64,000 bases of DNA, from positions 48,484,001-48,548,000 of the forward strand of contig OX597816.1 of assembly GCA_951406725.2 (NCBI GenBank), in the 5' to 3' direction. A program made the translations under genes and the position numbers. The stretch is from Octopus vulgaris. Taxonomy: Eukaryota. Below the pieces are notes generated by a model. It did no database searches, was not told the DNA's origin, and was given only the letters and a program-made list of their open reading frames with translations. Shown here in pieces: positions 30,002-44,010 of the stretch (positions are counted from its first letter, which is position 1; each line of letters begins with the position of its first letter).

Positions 30002-31053
30002 TTGACAGGGTCCCCCGATCCCTTATCTGGTGGTCAATGAGGAAACTAGGGATAGATGAATGGTTGGCGAGAGCTGTGCAAGCCATGTACAGAGATGCTG
30101 TAAGTAAGGTGAGGGTTGGCAACGAGTACACTAAAGAATTCAGGGTTGAGGTAGGGGTCCACCAAGGTTCAGTCCTCAGCCCTCTCCTATTTATCAGTCC
30201 TCCAATCAATAACGGAGGAATTCAAGACAGGATGCCCCTGGGAGCTCTTATATGCTGATGACCTTGCTCTAATTGCTGAGTCACTATCAGAACTAGAAGC
30301 AAAGTTTCAAGTAAGGAGACAAGGATTAGAATCGAAGGGCCTTAAAATCAACCTTGCTAAAACCAAAGTCCTAATATGTAGGAAGGCAGGCAAATCACAA
30401 ACGCCTTCAGGTAGATGGCCCTGCTCGATCTGTAGAAAAGGTGTAGGTAGAAACTCTATAAGATGCACCAAGTGTAAGCTATGGACACATAAGAGGTGCA
30501 GCAATATCAAAGGAAGGCTAATTGGGAAGATAGTTTTTGTATGTGGCAGATGCTCAGGAGCAATAAACACTGAAAATGCTCAGAGACCAACTCCTGCCAC
30601 ATTCCAGGGAGAAAAACTAGAAGTAGTAGATAGCTTCCATTACCTAGGTGACCAAGTCAGTAGCGGGGGCGGGTGTGCTGAAAGTGTAACTGCTAGAGTA
30701 AGAATAGCCTTGGCAAAGTTCAGAGAGCCGGTGGCACGTAAAAAGCACCATCCGATTGTGGCCGTTGCCAGCCTCGTCTGGCACCTGTGCAGGTGGCACA
30801 TAGAAAGCACCCACTACACTCTCAGAGTGGTTGGCGTTAGGAAGGGCATCCAGCTGTAGAAACACTGCTAGATCAGACTGGGCCTGGCACAGCCTTCTGG
30901 CACATCCTTCTGGCACAGCCTTCTGGCACAGCCTTCTGGCACAGCCTTCTGGCACAGCCTTCTGGCACAGCCTTCTGGCTTCCAAGACCCCAGTTGAACC
31001 GTCCAATCCATGCTAGCATGGAAAACGGACGTTAAACGATGATGATGATGATG
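30002..31053 (+). mobile_element. RTE-clade LINE fragment: RT core with a PHD finger, joined by internal deletion to its 3'UTR and (GAT)n tail
   Basis: DRVPR, GVHQGSVLSPLLF, LLYADDL (30251), KTKVL, C4HC3 finger 30422-30553, FHYLGD. The UTR starts at about 30728 and includes a 13-bp unit CTGGCACAGCCTT x7 (30884-30978). Confidence 0.92.
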
Positions 31054-31069
31054 ATATATATATATATTA

Positions 31070-31268
31070 TTCTTCTACTTGTTTCAGTCATTTGACTACA
31101 GCCATGCTAGAGCATGCCTTTAGTCGAACAAATCAACCCCAAGACTTATTCTGTGTAAGCCTAGTACTTATTGTTTTGGTCTCCTTTGCCGAACAGCTAA
31201 TGTCACAGGGACATAAATATACCAACATCAGTTGACAAGCGATTGGGGGCGGGGACACAGACACATAA

Positions 31269-31311
<43 letters not shown>

Positions 31312-31472
31312 ACAGGCTTCTTTCAGTTTCCATTTACCAAATCTTCTCACAAACCTTCGTTCAGCCTGAGGCTACAGTAGAAGACTCCTGCCCAAGGTGC
31401 CATGCAATGGGATTGAACCTGGAACCATGTGGTTGGGAAGCAAGCTTCTTACCACACAGCCACTCCTGTGCC
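31070..31472 (-). mobile_element. SINE family A
   Basis: Reverse complement of 22681-23075. Confidence 0.85.
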
Positions 31473-31674
31473 TACACAGCCACCCCTGCACCTATACATA
31501 TATATATATCTATATATAATAGTGTATAAAATGTATATATATTATGTTTTATATATATATATATATATATATCTGACTAGCCTGGTGCAGCCTTCGAGCT
31601 TGCCAGACCCCAGTTGAACCGTCCAATCCATGCTAGCATGGAAAGCGGACGTTAAACGATGATGATGATGATGA

Positions 31675-31736
<62 letters not shown>

Positions 31737-32029
31737 CCTAAGAGTTTGTTGCCTGTTACTAATGTAAGAAGAATTTGTGGGTTTATGGCCAGTACTCTGT
31801 AGTAGTGAAGCCTTTCTGACAAGTCGTTTTGCAACACTCATGTCATTTCCATATTTCTTAATTCTTTTAAGAAAAGCATGAATATCATACAATCTCATAT
31901 CCAAGGCATTGTTCTCATATGAGAAATCGATACAGGTTTGGGGAGTTTCATATCACTCTTCGATCTCTTGATTTTTTCCTCATTTTGTTAGAATTTTCTT
32001 TTTACCTTCATATTTGTTTCTTTCTTTTC

Positions 32030-32785
32030 CTTCGCCTCCTTTTTATTTATTTATTTAATTTTTTTTTTTCCCCAATTCTATCGCTCCTGATCTTTCTCTC
32101 CTTCTTTCTTTCATTTTCCTTTCTTTTTCATCTTACTTTTCCTTCTCTACCTCTCCCATTTGTTCTTTAAGACTTTCTTTGTCTCCATTGCTCATCTTCC
32201 ACCCTCCATCTTTTTCTTTTCCTTTCTTGGCTGTCAGGTTTTCTCTGTCACTCCCTTGTCTTCCCTCCCTCTCCCACTTTCTCTTTCTCATTTTCTTCCT
32301 CTCTCACTCCCCTCCCCACTTTCCCCCTCTCCCCCTTCCCTATCTCTTTCTCCTTCTTTCTCCTCTCTCTCTTCTCCCACACTCTTTCTCTTTCTTCATT
32401 CCCTCTCTCTCCCTATTTCCCTCTCTCTTCCCCATCCCTCTCTGCCTTTCTGTCCTCTCCCTATTTCCTTCTCTCACCCCTCCCTCGTTCTCATTCCTCT
32501 CTTTCTCTACCTCTCTCCCTGCCCTCTCACTCATCACCCTCTCACCCCCTCTTTCTCATGTTTTTTACATATTACATGTTGATCTTCTACTCAAGACCTT
32601 TCTTCCCCACCTCACCCCCACCTTCAATACTCTTCCTCTCCACCTTTGCTTCTTCTTTACCTTTCCCACCTTTTTCTCTTTCCCCTTTTCTCTCCTTTGT
32701 TCTTCTCTTCTCCACATTGCCCTTCTATTCTTTGTCCTCACTTCCCCTCCCCTCATTTCCCTCCACACCCCTCATTTTTCTCATT
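32030..32785. repeat. Pyrimidine-rich (CT) low-complexity tract
   Basis: Nearly all C/T on +. Confidence 0.9.
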
Positions 32786-33623
32786 AAATACTCAATACTA
32801 TGTCCCTTTTTTTGCATTAGTTATATTGCCACAGCTATAAACTCAACCACCAAGAGAAATTTACCATTATAATTTTCTTCCTACCTGCTTGTTTCCCATG
32901 TGGTCTCCGATGTATTTTGTCAGAATTCCTTCTTTTGGAAGCGAACACAGTTCTTTTTTTTATATATATATAATTTTTTTTCATTATAATTGTACTTTTG
33001 TTTTTTAATGTGGAACTCTTCTCATCAGTTAAAACTCTCTCACTTTATGGTCAAGCACTCTTTAAATTTGTTAGTGCACATAATTCTGCAACAGATATAC
33101 CAGTGTTAACCCTTCTCTAGAGACCGTCACCATTACACAAAAATACATAACAATGATTATTATTGTGTGCATAGCAACAGCTGGCTTGCATATGAATAGC
33201 ATATTGTTGTTGTTGATCTTGTTGGTGTTGTTGTTGTTGTTCTTCTTCTTCTGCTTCTTCTTCTCATAATTATTGTTATTGAAGTTAGCAATAAGGGAAA
33301 CTCATTGATGGACGAATGTATAAAAACACTGTCAACCGGGTTAGTTTATTGGGATAAGGCCTTCTATGTGCTTGTATGTGTGTGTGTGAGGGTTTGTGTT
33401 TGTTTATTTGTGTATGCATGTATGTGTGTGTATATATGTATGTGTGTGCATATCTGTATATATAATAGTGTGTGTATGTGTGTGTGTGTGTGTGTGTATA
33501 TATATACATACAATATATATAAATATATATATATTTAAATATATTTATATATACATATAAATATATATATGTATACACATGCACATGCATATACATATAT
33601 TCACACAATATATATATACACAT

Positions 33624-33668
<45 letters not shown>

Positions 33669-34689
33669 CTATATACCCCCACACACACACACAAACACAC
33701 ACACATATATAAATGATAACCTTTTTAATGAAAGAAGAACAGAGCTCGCACATAAATGGTCATACCTTTTTAGACAATCAAGAAATTTCGCAAGCTTGTG
33801 TGTCAATTCTCTTAGAAAACCATCGATCTGTGAACTCTTTAAATCTGACATTATTAAAGGAAATATTAAGTAGTTTGGCATTTTCAAAGTGTTGCCTGGC
33901 CATCTCTTAAAATGTCAGAAGAAGACCTTCTCAACGCCTTACGTGTGATAATGATAAAAACCATTCCACTATTGGTGAAGCTTAATATTGAGCAATTATG
34001 TTTCTCAGAATCACTCTATTTGACTACAAGGCTGAAGAACTGTCTGAAATTGAAAATGTGTGATTGCTCTTTCATCACTATCTCTCTTTATTTACCTGTC
34101 AATATACATCCATAGAAACACGCAAACTCATACACTGTTAACAATCATTTATATATAATCAAAATTGGACTGCTGCTTAGTGAAGCTGTCTTTAAAAGCT
34201 AGCTTATAGATCAATAGTAACTCAAAACATATTGACTGCTAGTTTACTTTTATAAAGTTTTATTTCACATTTAATTTTAGTTCATACCCACACATACAGA
34301 TAGAGACAGACATATAATAGCTTAAAACCTGCCTGGCATAAGAGAAAATTAGAAAATTAAGTGGAAATAGACGTTCTCATTCCATTCCTTGAATACTTGT
34401 ATAACATAAGCCTTGTTAACGAAACCTCAATGATTTATTTATTTTTTTATTGTACATGCATTTTAGTGTGTACATGTTTGTGCATGTGTGTGTGTGTGTT
34501 CATACATATCTGTGTGTGACTGTTTAGCTTCTATGTACGCTTAATAAATATCTGCATATATCATCAATGCAGAGTAGGAGAATCATACAAAATTCAAATG
34601 CATGCTTACAAGGTGAGCAACAGTGCACATACGCCGCAATATGTATATGTAAATATAAAAAATGGAACAAATGTGAAGAGTAGAATATG

Positions 34690-34719
34690 CATACACACAC
34701 ATATATATTTGTATATATA

Positions 34720-34783
<64 letters not shown>

Positions 34784-34785
34784 TA

Positions 34786-34838
<53 letters not shown>

Positions 34839-35093
34839 ATATGTATATGTGTGTGTGTGTGTGTGTGTATATATGTATATATGTGTGTGTGTGTATATAT
34901 ATATATATATGTATATATGTATATATATATATATATGTATATATGTATATATGTATATATATGAATATATATATATATATATATGTATACATATATATAT
35001 ATGTGTATATATATATGTGTATATATATATGTATATATGTATATGTGTATATGTATACATATGTGTATATATATATGTGTATATATATATGTA

Positions 35094-35134
<41 letters not shown>

Positions 35135-35211
35135 GTATGTATATATATATATGTATATATATGTATATGTATATATATATATATGTATATATATGTATAT
35201 GTATGTATATA

Positions 35212-35258
<47 letters not shown>

Positions 35259-35291
35259 GTGTATATGTATGTATATATATATGTGTATATG

Positions 35292-35351
<60 letters not shown>

Positions 35352-35486
35352 AATATGTATATATATATGTATATATATGTATATATGTATATATATGTAT
35401 ATATATATACATATATGCATATATATATATATGCATATATATACATATATACATGTATATATACATATATATATATGTATATATAT

Positions 35487-35519
<33 letters not shown>

Positions 35520-35596
35520 TATACACATATATTTATATATATACATATATACATATACATACATATATACATATATATATATACATATATATATAC

Positions 35597-35649
<53 letters not shown>

Positions 35650-35662
35650 CATATATATATTC

Positions 35663-35755
<93 letters not shown>

Positions 35756-35796
35756 TATACATATATATACATATATATATTTATATACATATATAC

Positions 35797-35828
<32 letters not shown>

Positions 35829-36036
35829 GTATTTATATACATATATATATGTGTATATATATCTATATATATATGTATGTATGTATATATATATATATAT
35901 GTGTATATATATATGTGTATATATATATATGTATATATATGTATGTATGTATATGTATGTATATATGTATGTATATATGTATATGTATATATGTATATGT
36001 ATGTATATATGTATGTATGTATATATGTATATATAC

Positions 36037-36074
<38 letters not shown>

Positions 36075-36075
36075 T
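34690..36075. repeat. Compound (TA)/(TG)/(CA) microsatellite field
   Basis: Directly visible. Interruptions switch from G-type to C-type near 35410 and back near 35830. Confidence 0.97.
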
Positions 36076-36596
36076 TATCAGAAAGACAAATGCCTTAAGG
36101 TAAACTTACAGCATATCTTGTTTTTTTTTTCCTCTTCGCATATCTCTTCACACTTATTTTCTTATCCTCCTACCTTTTCTTCTTTTTTACATATTCTCCC
36201 ACAGTGTCTTCCTCTCACTTTCTCTTTCCTTCCTTGGTTCTCTTTATCACCTTGTGTCTCCCCCCCCCCCCTGTCCTACCACTGCTGTCCCTAAGATGTA
36301 ATACACATATTTTCTCTTTCTTGTTTGTTTTGGTTTACAATAGTAGAAACTCAGTTATTAAGAAATGTCCTCCAGAGAAAGGTAAAATTATTCTAGTATT
36401 ATCTATATCAATGCATGAAATTATCAAATTTTGCTGATGATTAATCTAAGGTTGTATGTACAACTGTTGTTTCATATCAACTGTGAGCGAAGGATACACG
36501 GCTATGTTTTCTACCAACTGAGCCAAAAACATTGAATGTGTGTATTCACTGTAATTTCATAGATATTCTACATTAACTCATGAAATATCTTGTGTA

Positions 36597-36720
36597 CAGT
36601 AATGCCTCAATATACGAATTAATTCATTCACACACACTCTGCTCATAAAGGGAAAAATCATAAAGCAGAGCAATAATTTCCTATAGTAGCAATGCTACAA
36701 ATCGTAATTTGTTTCCATAG
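36597..36720 (+). mobile_element. Possible pogo/Tigger-type transposon end
   Basis: TA|CAGTAATGCCTCAATATACGAATTAATTC resembles Tigger-type termini. No partner end was found. Confidence 0.4.
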
Positions 36721-36852
36721 AAATATTTTACCTATAAAATTTATAATACTCCTAAATAAATGGCAATAAAACTACAATAGTAGAATGTAAAGAATATTTT
36801 ATTTAAAGTAAAAAGAATGTCAAGACCACTTATAATAAAAGATATCATTATT

Positions 36853-37168
36853 AGTGGCACATAAAAAACACCATCCGAGCGTGGCCGTCTGCCAGCCTCG
36901 TCTGGCACCTGTGTCGGTGGCACATAAAAAACACCATCCGAGCGTGGCCGTCTGCCAGCCTCGTCTGGCACCTGTGTCGGTGGCACATAAAATCACCCAC
37001 TACACTCTCGGAGTGGTTGGCGTTAGGAAGGGCATCCAGCTGTAGAAACACTGCCACATCTGACTGGCCTGGTGCAGCCTTCGGGCTTCCCAGACCCCAG
37101 TTGAACCGTCCAACCCATGCTAGCATGGAAAGCGGACGTTAAACGATCATGATGATGATGATGATGAT
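36853..37168 (+). mobile_element. Young RTE 3'UTR copy (about 2 tandem units)
   Basis: Appears identical over about 285 bp to the reverse complement of 58425-58710. Confidence 0.9.
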
Positions 37169-37203
37169 GTTGTGTCTGGGGAGAGTCATTTTCTTTTTGT
37201 GCC

Positions 37204-37452
37204 TTATAATTTAACACACTCGCCAGTAAAATTTCCACTTAGTCCTTATTTTTATTTTTTTTAAATTTCCATTGTGTCTTACAACCTTTTCAATAGTCCC
37301 CTTATTTTTATTTTCCTAAAATCTTTGTTGCGTCTTGCCAACTTTTTCAGTAGTCTTGACTATTGAAAAGGTTGCAAGAAGCAATGAAAATCTTGGGAAA
37401 ATAAAAATAAGGAATAAGTGGAAATTTTACCGGTGAGTGTGTTAAATTATAA
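37204..37452. repeat. Foldback palindrome with an internal duplication in the left arm
   Basis: TTATAATTTAACACACTCGCCAGTAAAATTTCCACTT...AGTC|TT|GACT...AAGTGGAAATTTTACCGGTGAGTGTGTTAAATTATAA; centre near 37356. Confidence 0.8.
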
Positions 37453-37949
37453 TTATTACGGGGTCGATTAAATAAGTACCAGTTACGCACTGGGGTCAAT
37501 GTAATCGACTTAATCCCTTTGTCTGTCCTTGCTTGTCCCCCTATGGTTAGCGCCCATCCTGTAGGCAGTAAAGAAATATATTCCATTACTGGAGATATTG
37601 TTGGTGAAATAGATAACATTTTTATTTTGTTATTTAAATTGCATTATTATTATTATTATTATTTTTGCTTTTATTTATAATATTGCAGCTGAATTTAATG
37701 ACTCATGGGCTAAAAATTTCAATCCTGAATTTAAAAGTAATTTATAAATGGAATCCCAATATGCCACACATACCTCTATCAAATTACATTGGTCAAACAA
37801 CATTTCTGTAAAAAATATAGATTTTTTTGTTTTTCTCAAGGTTTTTGAAATGTCAATTCTCAGTTTCAAGCAATTTAGATGAATTTATGTTATGAGACAG
37901 ATCTGATGTATTTGAAGAGATCTGATGTATTTTTTTTTTTTTTGCTTTT

Positions 37950-38395
37950 ATTTGTACTTGCTTCAGTCTTTAGATTGTGGCCATGCAGGGGCACTGCCTT
38001 GAAGAGTTTAGTCAAACAAATAATTCCCAGTACTTATTTTTAAGCTTGGTATTTATTTGTTGGTGCCTTTTACTGGACTGCTAACTTATAAGGATATAAA
38101 CAAACCAACACCTAGTTGTCAAGCAGTGGTGGGGAGAAACACAAAGACACACACACACACACGTGCATGTGTATGCATGTATGTATACAACATGCTACTT
38201 TCAGTTTCCATCTACCTCTGAGATTTCCTGAAGTGCTTGTACGTCTTGCTGTGGTGATAGATTTTCTGTTCAAATCCACTCACAAAGCTTTGGTCAGCCT
38301 GATGCTGTAGTAGAAGACACTGGCCCAGAATACCATGCAGTGGGACCGAAGTAAAACCATGTGGCTGCGAAACAAACTTCTTAACCCTTACAGCC
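37950..38395 (-). mobile_element. SINE family A
   Basis: Reverse complement of the family A consensus. Confidence 0.8.
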
Positions 38396-38565
38396 ATTTG
38401 ACAACATTTTGACTTCCCATTGGTGTGTGGGTTTCTGTTTAAGATCTTGTGTTATAAAATTGTTTGAAATTCTCAGTAAACCACAAAGCAACTTTTTATA
38501 TCTCCAATAACGAAATAGAAGGAAAATTGAGAAACAAAATGTCAGTTTTGCCAGTAAAAATACAG

Positions 38566-38717
38566 TAGCTGTGTGGTAAGAAGCTTGCTAACCAACCACA
38601 TGGTTCCGGGTTCAGTCCCACTGCGTGGCACCTTGGGCAAGTGTCTTCTGCTATAGCCCCGGGCCGACCAATGCCTTGTGAGTGGATTTGGTAGACAGAA
38701 ACTGAAAGAAGCCTGTC

Positions 38718-38775
<58 letters not shown>

Positions 38776-38983
38776 TTGTGTGTCTGTGTTTGTCCCCCTA
38801 GCATTGCTTGACAACCGATTCTGGTGTGTTTACGTCCCCGTCACTTAGCGGTTCGGCAAAAGAGACTGATAGAATAAGTACTGGGTTTACAAAGAATAAG
38901 TCCCGGGGTTGATTTGCTCGACTAAAGGCGGTGCTCCAGCATGGCCGCAGTCAAATGACTGAAACAAGTAAAAGAATAAAAGA
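38566..38983 (+). mobile_element. SINE family A, young copy
   Basis: Close match to 22681-23075. Confidence 0.9.
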
Positions 38984-39954
38984 ATATGTCTTTAATGCAC
39001 TGAAACTATTAAAAGTAATCTGTATTCAATAATAAAAATGTTACTGCAGTACTGTTTCACTTCCTTAAAATTTTAAATGTTTCAATTTTTCAAAGATAAA
39101 AATGTAATTACAAATGCAAACAAAATATATTTATATACTTATATTTACATATACATAGTCATCATTTAAATTGGAAATACTGTGAGAATGTGACAAAGTA
39201 CTTGTGTTTGTTTTATACCCCGCTCTTTCTCACTATATTCTCCCATACTGTCTTTTTCTTTCATTTTCTCACACGTTCTCCTTTCCCTGTCAACTAGTCT
39301 TTTTCACATAATGAAGTGAAAGAGGAAGAGGAGATAAGAACAGAAAAGTGAGTGATAGATGACCGCTTTATTAGTTAGTTATAAAGGGAAGTGTCACAGA
39401 TATGTGTAATGAAACAAAACTCAAATATGGATGAGCCCCCACATTGATTCATTGGAAAAGCTAACAGATAAGAATTCATTGAGAAAGTTAATGGGTTAAT
39501 CAGACTTTATCTATCCATCCATCCATCCATCTGCATAAGCACAGGTATTGATGGGCAGTTGAGAAGCTTGCATCCCAATCATGTAGTCTAGGGTTCAGTC
39601 CCACTGCACAGCATTTTAGATAATGTCTTTTATCATAGCCTCAGGCTGATCAAAACTGTGTGAGTGGATTTGGTTGACAGAAACTGAAAGAAGCCTCTCT
39701 GTGTGTTTGTGTGTGTCCTTGTTTTGACATCATTAGATGGTTGTCAATGAATTCTACTATTACACAAGTGATGTTGTTTGTTTCCAGTCACCAATAAAAA
39801 ATGTGTCTGGCTATGGGGAAAAATCACTCTGCTTGGAATCAGGTAAGGGTTAGCAACTGGAAAGGTATCCAGCCATAGAAAATCTACCTCAACAAATTCT
39901 ACATGACCCAAGCAAGCATGGAAAAATAAATGATGATAGCAATAATGATGACAT

Positions 39955-40995
39955 ATAATAGAATGAAATTATTGTATACAGTGCTCAGGTGCACCACAAC
40001 TTGTCAGAAAGTGCATATAAAGTATATGCAGTAATGTACAAGTGTCTGGAAAGCGAACAATGTATGAGTCAGATACATGCTTGTGTGTGTATGGAGGGGA
40101 GAAAATCAGGTGTAGTGTTGGTGAATCTCAGAAAGCATGGAAGTTTTGAAGGATGCAGTGCTCCGACAACTAACAACTGATGCCATCAGTTTGTTCCATG
40201 CTTCAGTAACTCTCAGTATGAAAAAATGTTTCCTAAAGTTATGGGAGCTGTGCTGTTTTCTGACTTTGTAAATATGTCCACGGGTGTTAGATGAGTGGAG
40301 TTTGAAAAGGTGCTCAGAGTTATTGTTTGTAAGATGGTTGATAATTTTATGGGTGTCTGCCAAGTCAGCTGCCAGACGTCGGAGTTTCAATGTGTCCAAG
40401 CCCAGGGAAGTAAGGCGTTCAGAGTATGGCAAATGCCTGATGGAGGGTATTCTTTTGGTTGCACGTCACTGAACGGCTTCCAGACGATTGATATCCTGGG
40501 CAAGATAGGGGTTCCAGACCGGTGATGCAAATTCCAGGTGAGGTCTTACCATAGCTATATAAAGCCGCAGATAGATAGTCGGAGAGTGGCTCACAAAGGA
40601 TTTGGTGAGTGATGCCAAGACACCCTCAGCCTTCTTGACAATTTTAGCAATGAGTTTTGTCCAACGCAAATCACTGTCGACAATAACACCCAGGTCACGT
40701 TCACACGAAGACTTTTTGAGATTAGTGTTGTGGAGGGAATAGGTGGACGCTGGGTTTCTCCTCCCAAAATGCATGGTGGTACATTTGTCCACAGCCAGCT
40801 TGAGTTGCCAGTCCATGATCCACTGCTGCATTGTGTCCAGGTCTGCTTGCAATAGAGATCTATAGTGTACAGGATCTGACCTCTTTATTTCGAGGTACAG
40901 CTTGATGTCATCTGCATATTTCAGCACTGTGGCATTCTTTAAGTTGGCATCTATGTCATTAACATATGAAACAAATAAAAGGGGGCCAAGAACAG
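39955..40995 (-). mobile_element. CR1-type LINE 3' fragment (RT C-terminal half + 3'UTR)
   Basis: VLGPLLF, LKYADDIKLY, ERDLGV, VRPHLEFASPVWNPY, LPYSERL...RRL, NTRGH, WNKL. Confidence 0.93.
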
Positions 40996-41134
40996 ATATG
41001 TAGAAGCATCTTCTGTTTTACTGAATTGTTGTATTCCTCAAAATTTTGCTGTAATGTGAAATTCCATAATGAGAAACCTATTTCTATGTTACATGGAGGT
41101 AGAAAATAGATTTCAAATTACAGAATTCCCCATT

Positions 41135-41360
41135 ATAGGTTTCAAATTTTGGCACTGGATCAGCAATTGCAAGGAGGTGGGTAAGTCAATTACATCAACC
41201 CCCAGTACTCAACTGGTACTTATTTTATCGATGCTGAAGGGATGAAAGGCAAAGGTGATCCTGGTGGCATTTGAACTCAGATTGTAAACCTTGAATAAAT
41301 GCTGCTAAGCATTTTTCCCATCTTTGTTAGTGTGCTAACAATTCTGCCAGCTCATCACCT
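41135..41360 (-). mobile_element. SINE family B
   Basis: Reverse complement of the B consensus. Confidence 0.75.
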
Positions 41361-41654
41361 TTGAATCCTTACATTATTAAGCAAGACTTTCATGAAATGC
41401 AGCATTGCCTGTTCTACATTATGACTTTGTTGAGTAATGGTGGAAATGTCTGTGTATAAGTCTGGATCTTTCTGCGTATGTGTGTGTCTGTGTGTGTGTG
41501 TATGAATATGTGTATGTTGTTGAGGGTCATCTATTGATTGATCTACATCACGTGATCACGTGACTGACACACACATATACACACGCACACACACACAGAA
41601 ATATACACGCATACACACTCATTCATAAACACGCACACACACACACACACACAC

Positions 41655-41921
41655 ACATTCAAATGTTGCTACACATCGCTGGTCACAATGCACTTCGCAT
41701 TGTTTTAGCCTTCAAATGACGCCACCCCACTGGCTAAGTGAGAGAAAGTTGCGGTGAAAGAGTGCAGCAGGGATCGCCACCCCCACCCCCTGCCGGAGCC
41801 TTGTGGAGCTTTTAGGTGTTTTCACTCAATAAACACTCACAAAGCCTGGTCTGGGGAATTGAAACCGCGATCCTATGACCACGAGTCGGCTACCCTAACC
41901 ACTGGGCCATTGTGCCTCCAC
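41655..41921 (-). mobile_element. tRNA-derived SINE family E
   Basis: Minus-strand head GGAGGCACAATGGCCCAGTGGTTAGGG...GGTTTCAATTCC. Body shared with 55157-55462. Confidence 0.75.
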
Positions 41922-42142
41922 GATTGAAGTACATAGATCTACATATACATGCATTAGTGTGTGTGTGTGTAAGGTGTATGTTAACATGCATACGGGTCTG
42001 GTGTTGTGTCTCCAGGAAGATCATTAACTTGTTGATTGATGTATATGATTCTGTATTTGCATGTGGAATGTAATCCATTGACTTCCTGCAATGTCTTTGT
42101 CTCGTTTTCTTTTCTCTTAATTGATTCTCTTTATCTCTTTAA

Positions 42143-42362
42143 CCCTTTCATTACTGTATTTATTTTGAGATGCTCTGTGTTTCTTTCAATTACTTTAAAT
42201 ATAACAAAAAATTTTGTAAAATTACTTGGTTATCATTAAGCTAGTATTAGGAACATAAATTGTGGCTTAGATTTGGTGGAAGATTGTAATTCAAAACTTA
42301 TGAAAACAAGACATTTGTACTCAGAGCCAGAGCTGGTTTCAGCCAGGTTGGTAATGAAAGGG
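42143..42362. mobile_element. piggyBac-type MITE (family 1), opposite orientation to 28203
   Basis: TTAA|CCCTTTCATTAC...GTAATGAAAGGG|TTAA. Interior is the reverse complement of 28203-28424. Confidence 0.9.
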
Positions 42363-42728
42363 TTAACATTCCTTCATAAAAAATGTTGTGCACGTACACA
42401 TACACACACACACACGTACACATGCAGATATACACAGGCACACACACACACACACACACACAATTGTGCACACATGCACATGCTCAAATATGCGAGCTTG
42501 CAGATATACAAGCACACACACACACATGCAAATATTCAAGCTTGCAGACATACAAGCATTCACACTCTCACACACTCACACACACAAATATGCATGCGTA
42601 CAGACATACAGACACACACACAAATGTGCATGCATGCACGCATACAAGTGTATGTGCACACACAGAAACATGCACACACTCATACACAGAAACACACACA
42701 CACATATACACACACTCACACATACGTG

Positions 42729-42766
<38 letters not shown>

Positions 42767-43264
42767 CACACACACATACGCGTGCACACACATACACACA
42801 CACACACATTCTCCCTTTCTTTTTCTGTCACACTCTCTTTTCCTATTTTCTTCCCTCCTTTCACCTTTGCAGTTGTGCATTGTCGGCCTTTCATTTCTTT
42901 CTCTTTTTTTTTCCTTTTTATCATTTCAGTGGGGTCATGATCCACAGACTAATTGCAAATTATATTGTTTTTAGTCTCTGTACATGTATGTGTCCCATTT
43001 AAAATTAGTCTCTCTGTGCCCCACTCACCCCCCCCCCGCCCCACACACGCACAGATACATACATACTTACGAATATACATACATAAGATGATGGTTAGAA
43101 CAAGATACATCATTTCACAACCTTGCTAGCAATCAGGTTGCTGGTCAAAATTTACTGTAAATTAAAAAGAGAATGAGAAGAATATATACATACATGCAAG
43201 CATGCAGACACCCACCCACACATGTATGTATGTGTGTATGTATGTATGTATGTATGTATGTATG

Positions 43265-43690
43265 TATGTCATTATTCAGTTTATTTCAAGATTTCTCCCT
43301 AATACAGAAAGAGCCAGTTTCTAACGTATATCCAAGGCTCCCTCATTGGAATTTCAACATCAACAGGATATTTTTGTATGTATGTACGTATGTATGTAGA
43401 TATGCAGATTTGTATGTTTTGTTTTATGTATGTATTCTCGTGCATATAGTTGCATGTCTAGCGTATATACTTAAATGATAAACTTCTGGAAAGTTTTACA
43501 CATTTCTAATGATCGCTTGGATCTGTAGTCTTTGAATCAGCTTTCTCCTCTCTGGTTTTAAGAAGCCTAATTTCTCAAGATTGGTATTTAGGCTGTGTGT
43601 TTCATATTCCAGTGAACTTGAAAACTGGATAGAGTAGCTGTAGATTCCTCAGTAGTTCAGCATAGGTATTTCCTTTTTCACTGATCTTTA
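43265..43690 (-). mobile_element. RLE-type non-LTR retrotransposon C-terminal relic + 3'UTR
   Basis: Minus translation KISEKGNTYAELLRNLQLLYP...LNTNLEKLGFLKPERRKLIQRLQIQ (K-x3-Y motif of the RLE nuclease). Confidence 0.6.
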
Positions 43691-44010
43691 TTTTTATGTA
43701 TGTATGTATTTATGCATAAAATTATATATATCCTATTAATAGGATTAGTCCCAAAATTGATTCAATATAGAAATAACGAACTTTTTTTTTTTAATTCTGC
43801 TAGCTCGCTTTCCTTGATTTCAGCATGACGTGTATCTATAGTGAATGTATATTATAAATGTGGGAATTGACGATTTAAAGTCTGTTCTCTGCAAATTGGC
43901 ATTGAAATAATCTTTATATTGCTCTTGTTTATAAGTTATCAGCACTAGTCGCCATGATAGATTGTTACCCACTACACACATTTTTTTCTCTCCTTGTTTT
44001 TTCTGTGTCC

